37,569 nucleotides of DNA from Verrucomicrobiota bacterium (GTDB taxonomy: Bacteria; Verrucomicrobiota; Verrucomicrobiia; Verrucomicrobiales; Akkermansiaceae), in NCBI GenBank assembly GCA_008932955.1, contig WBXE01000001.1, forward strand, positions 1 to 37,569, given 5' to 3'. Below the pieces are notes generated by a model. That model saw only the letters and a list, made by a program, of their open reading frames with translations. It was not told the origin of the DNA and made no database searches. How positions within the stretch are numbered: the first letter of the stretch is position 1; every line of letters starts with the position of its first letter. The position numbers were made by a program, and so were the translations under genes. This document shows, in pieces, positions 8,746 to 16,990 of this stretch.

Positions 8746-9687
8746 ATGACCCCCATCCTCATCGGCGGCACCGTCGCCATCGACCACGTCAAGACCCCCA
8801 CTGCCGAGGCCTCCAACCTGCTCGGTGGCTCCGCCTCGTACGCCGCATTGGCGGCTTCCTACTACACCAAACCGGTGCATCTCATTGGCATCATCGGCAA
8901 GGATTTTCCGCAGGAACATCTGGCGATGTTAGAGAGTCGCGGCATCACACTCGACGGCCTCGAGCGCTCGGAGGGCGACTCCTTCTCGTGGTCGGGTGAA
9001 TACCACGAGAACATGAATGACCGCAGCACCCGCCAGGTCGATATCAATGTGCTGGAAAACTGGAGCGTCAAGGTGCCTGCAGCGCTGGCCGGTGCCCCGG
9101 TGGTCATCCTCGCCAACATGGCGCCGGAGAACCAAATCCAGATGCTCGACCAATGCACGGCGGCCCACCCGTTCGTGGTGGCCGACACCATGGACCTGTG
9201 GATTCACATTGCCAACGAGCGCCTGCACGACGTGCTCAAGCGCATCGACCTGCTGGTCATCAACGAAGGTGAGGCGCGCGAATTTGTGGCGACTAGCAAT
9301 CTAGTAGTGGCGGGGCAACGCTTGCTGGCCAAGGGCCCGCGCTTCGTGGTCATCAAGCTGGGTGAATTCGGCGCGATGTTATTTGCCGCCGGCAAATCCG
9401 CCGAATTATCGGCGACCAACTTTTTCCGCTGTGCGGCGTTTCCGCTGCGCGAGGTGGCCGACCCCACCGGAGCCGGCGATTCGTTTCTGGGCGCGCTGGC
9501 CGGCTTTCTGGCCGCCACCGGCCGCGAGCAATTCACCTTCGACTACATCCGCCAGGCGGTCGTCGAGGGCTCGGTGGTCGCGTCCTTCACATGCGAGGCA
9601 TTTTCGACCCGTCGTCTGCAGGAAATCACCCGCGCCGATATCGAGCAACGCCTCGCTTTCCTCCAGTCCACCACCCACTGGCAGTGA
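8746..9687 (+). CDS. PfkB-family carbohydrate/nucleoside kinase
   Basis: GGSASYAA N-terminal signature, INEGEA, IKLGEFGA, DPTGAGDSF C-terminal signature. Confidence 0.93.
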   Translation: MTPILIGGTVAIDHVKTPTAEASNLLGGSASYAALAASYYTKPVHLIGIIGKDFPQEHLAMLESRGITLDGLERSEGDSFSWSGEYHENMNDRSTRQVDINVLENWSVKVPAALAGAPVVILANMAPENQIQMLDQCTAAHPFVVADTMDLWIHIANERLHDVLKRIDLLVINEGEAREFVATSNLVVAGQRLLAKGPRFVVIKLGEFGAMLFAAGKSAELSATNFFRCAAFPLREVADPTGAGDSFLGALAGFLAATGREQFTFDYIRQAVVEGSVVASFTCEAFSTRRLQEITRADIEQRLAFLQSTTHWQ

Positions 9688-9798
9688 GGAGCGACGACCT
9701 TGCCGTCGTCGTGCAGAAGGCTCGACCCTGAAGCGAGCTTTCGGCACTCATTCATGGGCCGCGCTTCCGCGCCACCACAAAATGTGGTGGCTCCTTAG
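9684..9798 (+). repeat. REPIN-like element, family A, copy 3 (overlaps the PfkB stop codon)
   Basis: gtgaggagcgacgaccttgccgtcgtcg...ccaccacaaaatgtggtggctccttag. Confidence 0.9.
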
Positions 9799-9810
9799 GG
9801 TGGCGGATGG

Positions 9811-11046
9811 CTATTGAGCCGAGGATTGGAACTGCGAGGCCGTTAGCAAGGCACGGGCCTCGCCGACTAGGAATAGGGATCCGGCGACGAGCACCGGTGA
9901 GTTGGTGGCGAGGGCAGCGGCAAAGGCAGCGGCAAAGTCGCCGAACACCTGGTGCGGCGGTGCTCCCGGCGGCAGGGCAGCCGCGAGCTCCGAGCCGGAG
10001 ACGGCCCGCGGGTTGGCGACCGGACAGAAGAAGATTTTGGAAGCGAGCGGGGCGAGCCAGCGGAGGATGCCGGCAATGTCTTTGGAGCCCACCGCGCTGA
10101 AAACCATGGCGGGGCGTTGACCGGGAAAGGCCGCCCGCCAGGTGGCGGCCAGTACTTCTGCGGCCTGCGCGTTGTGCGCCCCATCTAACACCACCGTCTC
10201 ACTGGCCCCGGCGACGTTGGCGGCGGGGAAAATCTCAAAGCGCCCGGGCCAGCGCACGTTGGCCAGGCCGTGTTGGATGCTGTCGAAGTTGAGCGCCACC
10301 CCGGCGCGATGCAAGGCGGCGACGGCGAGGGCGGCATTCCACGGTTGGTGTGCACCGGGCAGAGTGATGCCATAACCTAACAATGGTTCTGCGACAAATT
10401 CGAGCGGCGAGCGGGCCGCGTTGGCGGCTTGTTCAAGGACTTGTCGGACATCTTCGGCTTGGGGGGCGGAAACCGCGGGCTTGCCGGGCACCAGAATGGC
10501 CGCCTTTTCGGCGGCGATTTGGGCTAGGGTGTCGCCGAGCCATTCGGTGTGATCGAGGCCAATGGGGGCAAAGACGCACACGTCGGCGGGCACCGCGGTG
10601 GTGGCGTCGAGGCGGCCGCCCATGCCGGTTTCCAGCAGGATGAGCTCGCAAGCGCTTTGGCCGAACCAGCGCATGGCCAGGGCCAGCGAGATTTCAAAAA
10701 ACGTCGGATGCGGGTCGAGTCGTTCGCAGAGGGCGCGCAGTTCGGTGAGGCCCGCGGCGCAATCCGCCTCGGGAATTTCCTGGCCGGATACCTGGATGCG
10801 CTCGCGAAAGTCGATGAGGTGCGGCGAGGTGAACAGGCCGCAGCGCTTGCCGCAAGCGCGGGCGATGGCATCCATCATGGCGCAGGTGCTGCCCTTGCCA
10901 TTGGTTCCGGCGACGTGGATGACGCTGACCCCATGTTTTGGATAGGCGCGGAATTCCTTGAGCAGACGCCGCGGCCCATCCAGCCCGAGCTTGATGCCGA
11001 ACATCTGGGTGGAAAACAGCCAGGCGATGGCTTCAGCGTAGGTCAT
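9811..11046 (-). CDS. folC: Bifunctional folylpolyglutamate synthase / dihydrofolate synthase
   Basis: IHVAGTNGKGST, FTSPHL, ETGMGGRLDAT, WPGRFE, LDGAHN, GSLFLVGE; ATG 11046 preferred over TTG 11058. Confidence 0.95.
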   Translation of the reverse strand: MTYAEAIAWLFSTQMFGIKLGLDGPRRLLKEFRAYPKHGVSVIHVAGTNGKGSTCAMMDAIARACGKRCGLFTSPHLIDFRERIQVSGQEIPEADCAAGLTELRALCERLDPHPTFFEISLALAMRWFGQSACELILLETGMGGRLDATTAVPADVCVFAPIGLDHTEWLGDTLAQIAAEKAAILVPGKPAVSAPQAEDVRQVLEQAANAARSPLEFVAEPLLGYGITLPGAHQPWNAALAVAALHRAGVALNFDSIQHGLANVRWPGRFEIFPAANVAGASETVVLDGAHNAQAAEVLAATWRAAFPGQRPAMVFSAVGSKDIAGILRWLAPLASKIFFCPVANPRAVSGSELAAALPPGAPPHQVFGDFAAAFAAALATNSPVLVAGSLFLVGEARALLTASQFQSSAQ

Positions 11047-11054
11047 GGCTAGGC

Positions 11055-14000
11055 TCAACTACAGCCCTGGCTGGTTCCGCACTGGGTGCAGCAGCCGCAG
11101 GCGCCGGCGCGGATCACCTTGTCGGAGCCGCAATTCGAGCAGGTGATGCCCATGAAGGCGCTGCCAAGGGCGGTTTTGACGCGGTCTTGGCCGACGGCGG
11201 CGGCGGGCAGCGCCGTCAGGTCGTCGCCGGTGCGGCTCAACTCGCGCACTGGGCGATTGACGGCGGTTTTTTCCATTTCGGTGATTTCGGGCATGGGCAG
11301 GTCATCCTGATCGGAATCAGGCGAGGTGGCTTCGCGATAACCCTTGATGAACTGGCAACCCATCCAACGGTAGACATAGTCGGTGATGCTGAAAGCAGTG
11401 CGAATATCAGGATTTTTGGTGAATCCGCTGGGCTCAAAGCGCTGATAGGCGAACTTTTTCACCATTTGTTCAAGCGGCACGCCATACTGGAGGGAGATGG
11501 AGGTGAGGGTGGCGACGGTGTCCATGAGGCCGCCGATAGTGCTGCCTTCCTTGGACATTTGGACGAACAGCTCACCGGGTTGGCCGTCGGCGTAGAGGCC
11601 GACGGTGATATAGCCTTCGTGGCCCGCAATCTCGAACTTGTGGGTCAGCGACATGCGGGTGTCGGCCATTTTGCGCCGATGGGGGCTGTCGAGTTGCTTG
11701 CGCAGGGTGGCATTTTCAGCGCTCAGTTCAGCGATGCGCCGGCCAAACTCCAACATTTCCGGGGCGACCACCACGACGGCGGCAGGCTCGTCGCTGCCGC
11801 CCATGTCCTTGGTTTGGCGGGTGTTGAGCGGGGCGCTGCGTTTCGAGCCATCGCGATAGATGGCGACGGCCTTGATGCCGAGTTTCCAAGCCTCAATATA
11901 AGTTTGCATAATCTCCTCGACGCTGGCGCTTTCGGGGAGGTTGACGGTTTTGGAAATGGCACCGCTAAGGAAGGGTTGAGCGGCGGCCATCATGCGAATG
12001 TGGCCGGTGTAGTGCAGACTGCGGGTGCCGAGATGGGCCTTGAAGGCGCAATCGAACACCGATAGATGCTGCTCCTTGAGGCCGCTACGCACGGGTTCGC
12101 CGGTTTGCTCATCGACGATGGTTTCGATGGTGTCGTAACGTTCGATGTGGGCAAGGATGGCGGTGATTTCCGGCTTACTGTAACCGAGGTTGCGCAGCGA
12201 GAGTTCGACGGTTTGATTGACGATTTTGAGCATCCCGCCGCCGGCGAGGAGTTTGTATTTGACCAAGGCGATTTCCGGTTCGATGCCCGTGGTGTCGCAA
12301 TCCATCAGGAAGCCGATGGTGCCGGTGGGGGCCAGCACGGTCACCTGGGCGTTGCGGTAGCCGTGGGTGCGGCCCAACTCGATGGCGCGTTCCCACTCAT
12401 GGCGGGCGGCCTGCTTGATGTGTGCGGAGCGTGGTTCGTCTTGGATTTGCTCGATGGCGGCCTGATGCTTGTGAATGACGGCGAGCATCGACGGCTCGTT
12501 GCTGTTCTCAGGCGGATGGTCCACTCCGCTGCAGCGGCTGTCGCGATAACCCTTGAATGGACCTAAGACGGCGGCCATTTCCGCGCTGCAGGCGTAGGCG
12601 TGGCCGGTCATCACCGAGGTGATGGCACCGGCCAGCGCGCGACCTTCGTCGCTGTCGTAGCCGAGGCCATAGCTCATGATGAGGGCACCGAGGTTGGCAT
12701 AGCCGAGGCCGAGCGTCCGGAAAATATGCGAATTTTCGGTGATGCTCTTGATCGGGTAACTGGCGTTATCGACGAGGATTTCTTGCGCGGTGATGAAGAT
12801 GCGCACTGCGGAGCGGAAGCGTTCGATGTCAAACGAACCGTCCGCGTGTTTGAAGCGCAGCAGGTTGAGCGAGGACAAGTTGCAGGCGGTATCGTCGAGG
12901 AACAGGTACTCGGAGCAGGGGTTGGTGGAATTCTGGCGGCCGGTGCCTTTGCAGGTGTGCCATTCGTGGATGGTGGTGTCGAACTGCATGCCGGGGTCGC
13001 CACAGACGTAGGTGCCTTCGGCAATTTTGCGCAACAGCTCGCGGGCGTTCTTTTTCTCGCAGGGATCGCCATCGCTGACGCGCTTGGTCCACCAGTCGCG
13101 GCCTTCGACGGCGGCCTGCATGAACTCGTCGCTGGCACGCACCGAGAGGTTTTCGTTTTGATACATCACCGAGCCGTAGGCGTCGCCATTATAGCTGCCA
13201 TCGTAGCCCTGCTCGATGAGTGCCCAGGCCTTTTTCTCCTCAAGAGTCTTGGCTTCGATGAATTCCTCGATGTCCGGATGCCAATCCTTGAGGGTGTTCA
13301 TCTTGGCGGCGCGGCGGGTCTTGCCGCCGGATTTGACCACGTTGGCCACCTGGTCATAGACGCGCAGGAAGGACAATGGGCCGGATGGGCGGCCGCCGCC
13401 TGAGAGTTTTTCGCGGGTGGAGCGCAGGGTGGATAGGTCCGAACCGGTGCCCGAACCGTATTTGAACAACAGCGCCTCGGAGGCTGCCAACCTCATGATG
13501 TCTTCCATCGTGTCGCCCACGCCTTGAATGAAACACGCGCTGGCCTGAGGGTATTGATATTGAGTCGGCGCTCGCATCGCCTTGCCCGCGTTGCGATCAT
13601 AATACCAGGTGCCTTCACCTGAGTGCTGGCCGGTGCCGTACTGGTGAAAGAGGCCAACATTGAACCAGACCGGAGAATTGAAGGCACCGTGCTGGTGCAG
13701 ACACAACCACGACAGATCGGCATAAAATACCGCCGCGCTTTCCTCGTCCGCGAAATAGCCGTCGGCGATGCCCCAGTCGGTGATCGAGCGCGTCACCCGG
13801 TGGATGAGTTGGCGCACCGAGCTTTCCCGCCCCCCAGCCTTCGGATCGGTCCCGCGGGCAATATCGCCGTAAAAGTATTTCGACACGGCAATTTTGGTCG
13901 CCAATTCGCTCCATTCCTTGGGGACTTCGACGTGTTCCTGGCGGAAAATCGCCTTCGCGGAGCCGTCGGTGATCTCAGCCGTACGAAATTCCCATTCGAT

Positions 14001-14126
14001 ATCCTCAAACGGATCGACGTCAGGCGTGCTAAACTTGGTTTCAAACACCAGACCGCTAGCGGCTTGGGGGGCGGGCGTACTCATGCGGCGGGATGAAAAG
14101 GTGAGCGTGGGCGAGGGCGGTGTCAT
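11055..14126 (-). CDS. nrdJ: Vitamin B12-dependent (class II) ribonucleotide reductase with C-terminal Zn-ribbon-like tail
   Basis: FNSPVWFN, QASACFI, TNPCSEY (catalytic N-x-C-x-E), TACNL, APTGTI, GAISKTVN, YRDGSK, terminal CSNCG...CTQCGTSQGCS; alternative start ATG 14084. Confidence 0.96.
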   Translation of the reverse strand: MTPPSPTLTFSSRRMSTPAPQAASGLVFETKFSTPDVDPFEDIEWEFRTAEITDGSAKAIFRQEHVEVPKEWSELATKIAVSKYFYGDIARGTDPKAGGRESSVRQLIHRVTRSITDWGIADGYFADEESAAVFYADLSWLCLHQHGAFNSPVWFNVGLFHQYGTGQHSGEGTWYYDRNAGKAMRAPTQYQYPQASACFIQGVGDTMEDIMRLAASEALLFKYGSGTGSDLSTLRSTREKLSGGGRPSGPLSFLRVYDQVANVVKSGGKTRRAAKMNTLKDWHPDIEEFIEAKTLEEKKAWALIEQGYDGSYNGDAYGSVMYQNENLSVRASDEFMQAAVEGRDWWTKRVSDGDPCEKKNARELLRKIAEGTYVCGDPGMQFDTTIHEWHTCKGTGRQNSTNPCSEYLFLDDTACNLSSLNLLRFKHADGSFDIERFRSAVRIFITAQEILVDNASYPIKSITENSHIFRTLGLGYANLGALIMSYGLGYDSDEGRALAGAITSVMTGHAYACSAEMAAVLGPFKGYRDSRCSGVDHPPENSNEPSMLAVIHKHQAAIEQIQDEPRSAHIKQAARHEWERAIELGRTHGYRNAQVTVLAPTGTIGFLMDCDTTGIEPEIALVKYKLLAGGGMLKIVNQTVELSLRNLGYSKPEITAILAHIERYDTIETIVDEQTGEPVRSGLKEQHLSVFDCAFKAHLGTRSLHYTGHIRMMAAAQPFLSGAISKTVNLPESASVEEIMQTYIEAWKLGIKAVAIYRDGSKRSAPLNTRQTKDMGGSDEPAAVVVVAPEMLEFGRRIAELSAENATLRKQLDSPHRRKMADTRMSLTHKFEIAGHEGYITVGLYADGQPGELFVQMSKEGSTIGGLMDTVATLTSISLQYGVPLEQMVKKFAYQRFEPSGFTKNPDIRTAFSITDYVYRWMGCQFIKGYREATSPDSDQDDLPMPEITEMEKTAVNRPVRELSRTGDDLTALPAAAVGQDRVKTALGSAFMGITCSNCGSDKVIRAGACGCCTQCGTSQGCS

Positions 14127-14194
14127 AGCAAAAAGGCTGGAATCGGGGTGCTGGGGGCTAGGGCTTGCGTCGGAAGTTTGAAAGAATGGATGGA

Positions 14195-14210
14195 TTACTA
14201 TATATAGTAT
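14195..14210. promoter_or_regulatory. NrdR box upstream of nrdJ (possible degenerate second box at 14228-14243)
   Basis: ttACTATATATAGTat, with perfect palindrome tactatatatagta (14196-14209), fits the acaCwAtATaTwGtgt consensus and stands out in GC-rich DNA. Confidence 0.8.
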
Positions 14211-14426
14211 TTGGCCTGCTCATAATGCCACTAGGGCTAGTTTCGACCAAGAAAAAAACGCCGAATTTCCTGCAAGCCCGATGGCTCTAGGAAAGTAAAT
14301 TTATGACAGCGCGGAGGGCTTGAAATTGCAAGGTTGCAGGCTGTTAGATGGGCCGGGATTCTTGCTCTTTCATCGCTTGCCGCGTTTACTAACTGAATAA
14401 TCGGGTACTTGGGGCTCTCGGGTGCT

Positions 14427-14541
14427 CTAAGGAGCCACCTCATTCTTGTGGTGCTGCGGAAGTGCGGCCGATGGGTACGTACCGAGGGCTCGCTTCAGGG
14501 TCGATCCTTCCGCACGACGACACGAACGACGCCGCTCCACA
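14427..14541 (-). repeat. REPIN-like element, family A, copy 4 (degenerate)
   Basis: ctaaggagccacctcattcttgtggtg...gctcgcttcagggtcga...ccttccgcacgacgac...gccgctcc; the reverse complement matches copy 3. Confidence 0.85.
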
Positions 14542-14656
14542 ACGGGCCGCAACCGAGTCAAGCTACTCGGGAGGCCAATCCGTGTCTCAGTGGTTTCGTA
14601 GCCACGAATTATCACGTTGGCGCAGCCTAACGCTGATTTCGTGTTTAATACAATCC

Positions 14657-14690
14657 TTGACATATGGCCATAAAGCCGTATTTATAGCTA
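14657..14690 (+). promoter_or_regulatory. Putative sigma70 promoter and palindromic operator of the TA operon
   Basis: TTGACA at 14657-14662, palindrome tatggccata at 14663-14672, AT-rich tatttata at 14679-14686, ATG at 14692 with no Shine-Dalgarno. Confidence 0.55.
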
Positions 14691-14691
14691 C

Positions 14692-14913
14692 ATGAAAACC
14701 ACCATTGACCTGCCCGACGACATCCTAGAACGCACAAAGATCGCAGCGGTCCGGCGGCGCTCTTCGATCAAGAAACTCGTAATGGAGGGGCTCGAGAGCG
14801 TACTTCGCGAGGAGATTCCCGCCGCCGCTCCAGCCGACGCACTTGCCCGCCTGCGTCACGGTTACCACCTCGGCGGTCAACCTCTCACCCGCGATCAAGC
14901 TCATGGCTGTTGA
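14692..14913 (+). CDS. Type II antitoxin (VapB-like, ribbon-helix-helix type N-terminus)
   Basis: MKTTIDLPDDILERTKIAAVRRRSSIKKLVMEGL; 73 aa; overlaps the downstream PIN gene. Confidence 0.85.
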   Translation: MKTTIDLPDDILERTKIAAVRRRSSIKKLVMEGLESVLREEIPAAAPADALARLRHGYHLGGQPLTRDQAHGC

Positions 14914-15322
14914 ATGTTTCCTCGACACGAATATCCTTCTTTACGGTTACGATTTGGACGCCCCAAGCAAGCGTAGTGTCGCTCAGTCGTTGCTCGAGAA
15001 TGCATGGCATCAACTCGGACGCACCGCCATCAGCGTGCAGGTCCTACAAGAATTTCACGTCAACTTTATCCGCTACGGGCATTCGTCGGCCGAAGCAGTC
15101 GCGCTCATTGGGGACTTCTCGCGCTGGCCAGTGATCGACAATACCCTGCCGCTGTTGCGCCTCGGACTTTCGTTGCAAACCCGTTGGCAGCTCTCCCTCT
15201 GGGATGCGATGATCCTCGCAGCCGCTCAGGCCAGCACTGCGCGTGTGCTCTACACCGAAGATCTCAATCACGGACAGGACTATGGCGGGGTCAGGGCTGT
15301 CAACCCGTTTTTGCCCGCCTGA
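14903..15322 (+). CDS. PIN-domain (VapC-like) toxin
   Basis: FLDTNILLY, SVQVLQEF, SLWDAMILAAA, LYTEDLNHGQ, VNPF; acidic PIN residues present; start ATG 14903. Confidence 0.92.
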   Translation: MAVECFLDTNILLYGYDLDAPSKRSVAQSLLENAWHQLGRTAISVQVLQEFHVNFIRYGHSSAEAVALIGDFSRWPVIDNTLPLLRLGLSLQTRWQLSLWDAMILAAAQASTARVLYTEDLNHGQDYGGVRAVNPFLPA

Positions 15323-15718
15323 GGTGAGGCCCACAGCGGTTTTTTCCGTAGGACAATGGGGGTGGCGGCCATGGCGAGCCCGCAGATGAGCCAGGCGGCG
15401 CGGGTGAAGAAGGTGGTGTCGCAGTGCAGGAATAGGGCGATTTTAAGAATCCCAGCTGGAGGATGGGGCGTTGGGCGACGCGGTTGCGGTGGGGATCGCT
15501 GGTCTGGGTGAGGCCGGAGGTGGCGCACACGACCATCCCGCGGCCATTTTCAAGAGCCCTATGGCGGAAGATTTCGGCATCTTGCAGGTGCTGGCGGGCG
15601 GGCCAGCGTCCATGCTCGGCACGGCAAACGCCTCGGCACCGGCGGCTGTCATGCGGCGGACGCAATCGGTGAAATCGCAATCAAAGCAGATGGGCGTGCC
15701 AAAGGAACTTGACGTCAG
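15323..15718 (-). pseudogene. 3' remnant of an apolipoprotein N-acyltransferase (Lnt)-like CN-hydrolase gene, two frameshifts
   Basis: Three consecutive frames join to FGTPICFDCDF..VRRMTAAGAEAFAVPSMDA / WPARQHLQDAEIFRHRALENGR..CATSGLTQTSDPH / TTFFTRAAWL + hydrophobic tail; 5' part absent. Confidence 0.7.
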
Positions 15719-15748
15719 ACACCCAGTATTTCAGCCTCCAGGTTGATC

Positions 15749-16702
15749 ATGGCAAAGAAGTCGATCCACCAGCCTCACGACAAGCTCTTCAAGAGCACCT
15801 TCGGGGAGCCCGCCAACGCAATCGGCTTTCTGCGCGGCATCTTTCCCGCGGGCCTCTCCACGGCTCTCGACTGGGACCGCTTGCGGCTCGAGCCCGGCAG
15901 TTTTGTCGATTCCCACTACCGCCACAGCGAGAGCGACCTGCTATTTTCCACGCCGCTGTGCGGGCAGGACTGCCTGATTTACGTGCTCTTCGAACACCAG
16001 CGCGAACTCGACCGCTGGCTTGCTTTGCGACTGTTGCGGTACATGGCACGCATTTGGGAAAAATTCCTGCGCCAGCAGCCCAAGGCGGACAAGTTGCCCA
16101 TCATCGTGCCGGTGGTGCTGGCACAAAATGCCAAGCGCTGGGACCTGCCGCTGGAGTTCTCATCCCTGCTGGACATTCCCGCCGGGTTGACCGACGAAGC
16201 CCGCCCCTTTATTCCCGATTTCACCTTTCGGCTCATCCAGTTGGCGGACCTGCCATTTGATAAAATCCTCGGCACCCCGGCGGGCATCATCACGTTGCGA
16301 GTTATGAAGGCCGAGCGCATCGCCAAACTCCTCGACGACCAAGTATGGGATGAGGCGCTCATGATCCAAATCCCGCGTGAAATTCGCGAGTTTATCATTC
16401 GCTACATTCTGGACGCAGGCGTTGACAAAGACGCCTTTGACCATAAAATTGCTCACATCACCCAACCCGAAATCCAATCCTCTGCCATGACAATTGCTCA
16501 ACAACTCCGTCAGGAAGGTCGTCAGGAAGGTCGTCAGGAAGGTCGTCAGGAAGGTCGTCAGGAAGGCAAGATTCTCGCTCTGGAGGAACTTATGGGCCTT
16601 GCGCCAACCGATGCCCAGGCTCTCGCCTCACTCACCATCCCCGAACTGGAGCGGCGCTATGAGCTGTTGCGCCGAGAATACGATTCCCGCTTCCGGCGCT
16701 AA
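15749..16702 (+). CDS. Rpn family recombination-promoting nuclease / YhgA-like putative transposase (PD-(D/E)XK)
   Basis: PHDKLFK, GSFVD, SDLLFS, YVLFEHQ, RLLRYM, LPIIVPVV, and C-terminal MTIAQQL-(RQEG)5. Confidence 0.92.
   Translation: MAKKSIHQPHDKLFKSTFGEPANAIGFLRGIFPAGLSTALDWDRLRLEPGSFVDSHYRHSESDLLFSTPLCGQDCLIYVLFEHQRELDRWLALRLLRYMARIWEKFLRQQPKADKLPIIVPVVLAQNAKRWDLPLEFSSLLDIPAGLTDEARPFIPDFTFRLIQLADLPFDKILGTPAGIITLRVMKAERIAKLLDDQVWDEALMIQIPREIREFIIRYILDAGVDKDAFDHKIAHITQPEIQSSAMTIAQQLRQEGRQEGRQEGRQEGRQEGKILALEELMGLAPTDAQALASLTIPELERRYELLRREYDSRFRR
16508..16567 (+). repeat. In-frame tandem repeat 5 x 12 bp (cgtcaggaagg[t/c]) encoding (RQEG)5
   Basis: Read directly from sequence. Confidence 0.95.
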
Positions 16703-16990
16703 GAAGACCCAAGACCGCTGCGCTACAAGACGCAAGGCGCAAGACCACGGAGCGCAGCGCTTCCCTTGGGAAACGCGAACATCGAACATTGCCTCCGGCT
16801 ATGCCAGTTAGACCTACGCCAGTTTTCTCCAAGCTCGCTAGCGCTCGCTCCGCGTTCAACGGTGAACATACAACGTCGAACCGGAGAGCAAAAGACAACG
16901 CCTTGCGTCTGTTTCTATCGCCTCTTTTGTTCGGCGTCCGGCCTTCTCGATGTTGGGATGGTGGATTGTGGATGGTGGGTTGAATAGTGG

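Noticed and set aside
11055-14126. Intein or intron in nrdJ
   Set aside because: ORF is continuous, normal length for a class II RNR with C-terminal domain, and no intein splice or LAGLIDADG motifs seen.
14127-14426. Cobalamin riboswitch upstream of nrdJ
   Set aside because: No recognisable B12-box; only NrdR-like palindromes. A covariance-model search would be needed to exclude it fully.
15749-16702. Rpn gene as an IS element
   Set aside because: No terminal inverted repeats or target duplication visible; the family is a PD-(D/E)XK nuclease, not a DDE transposase.
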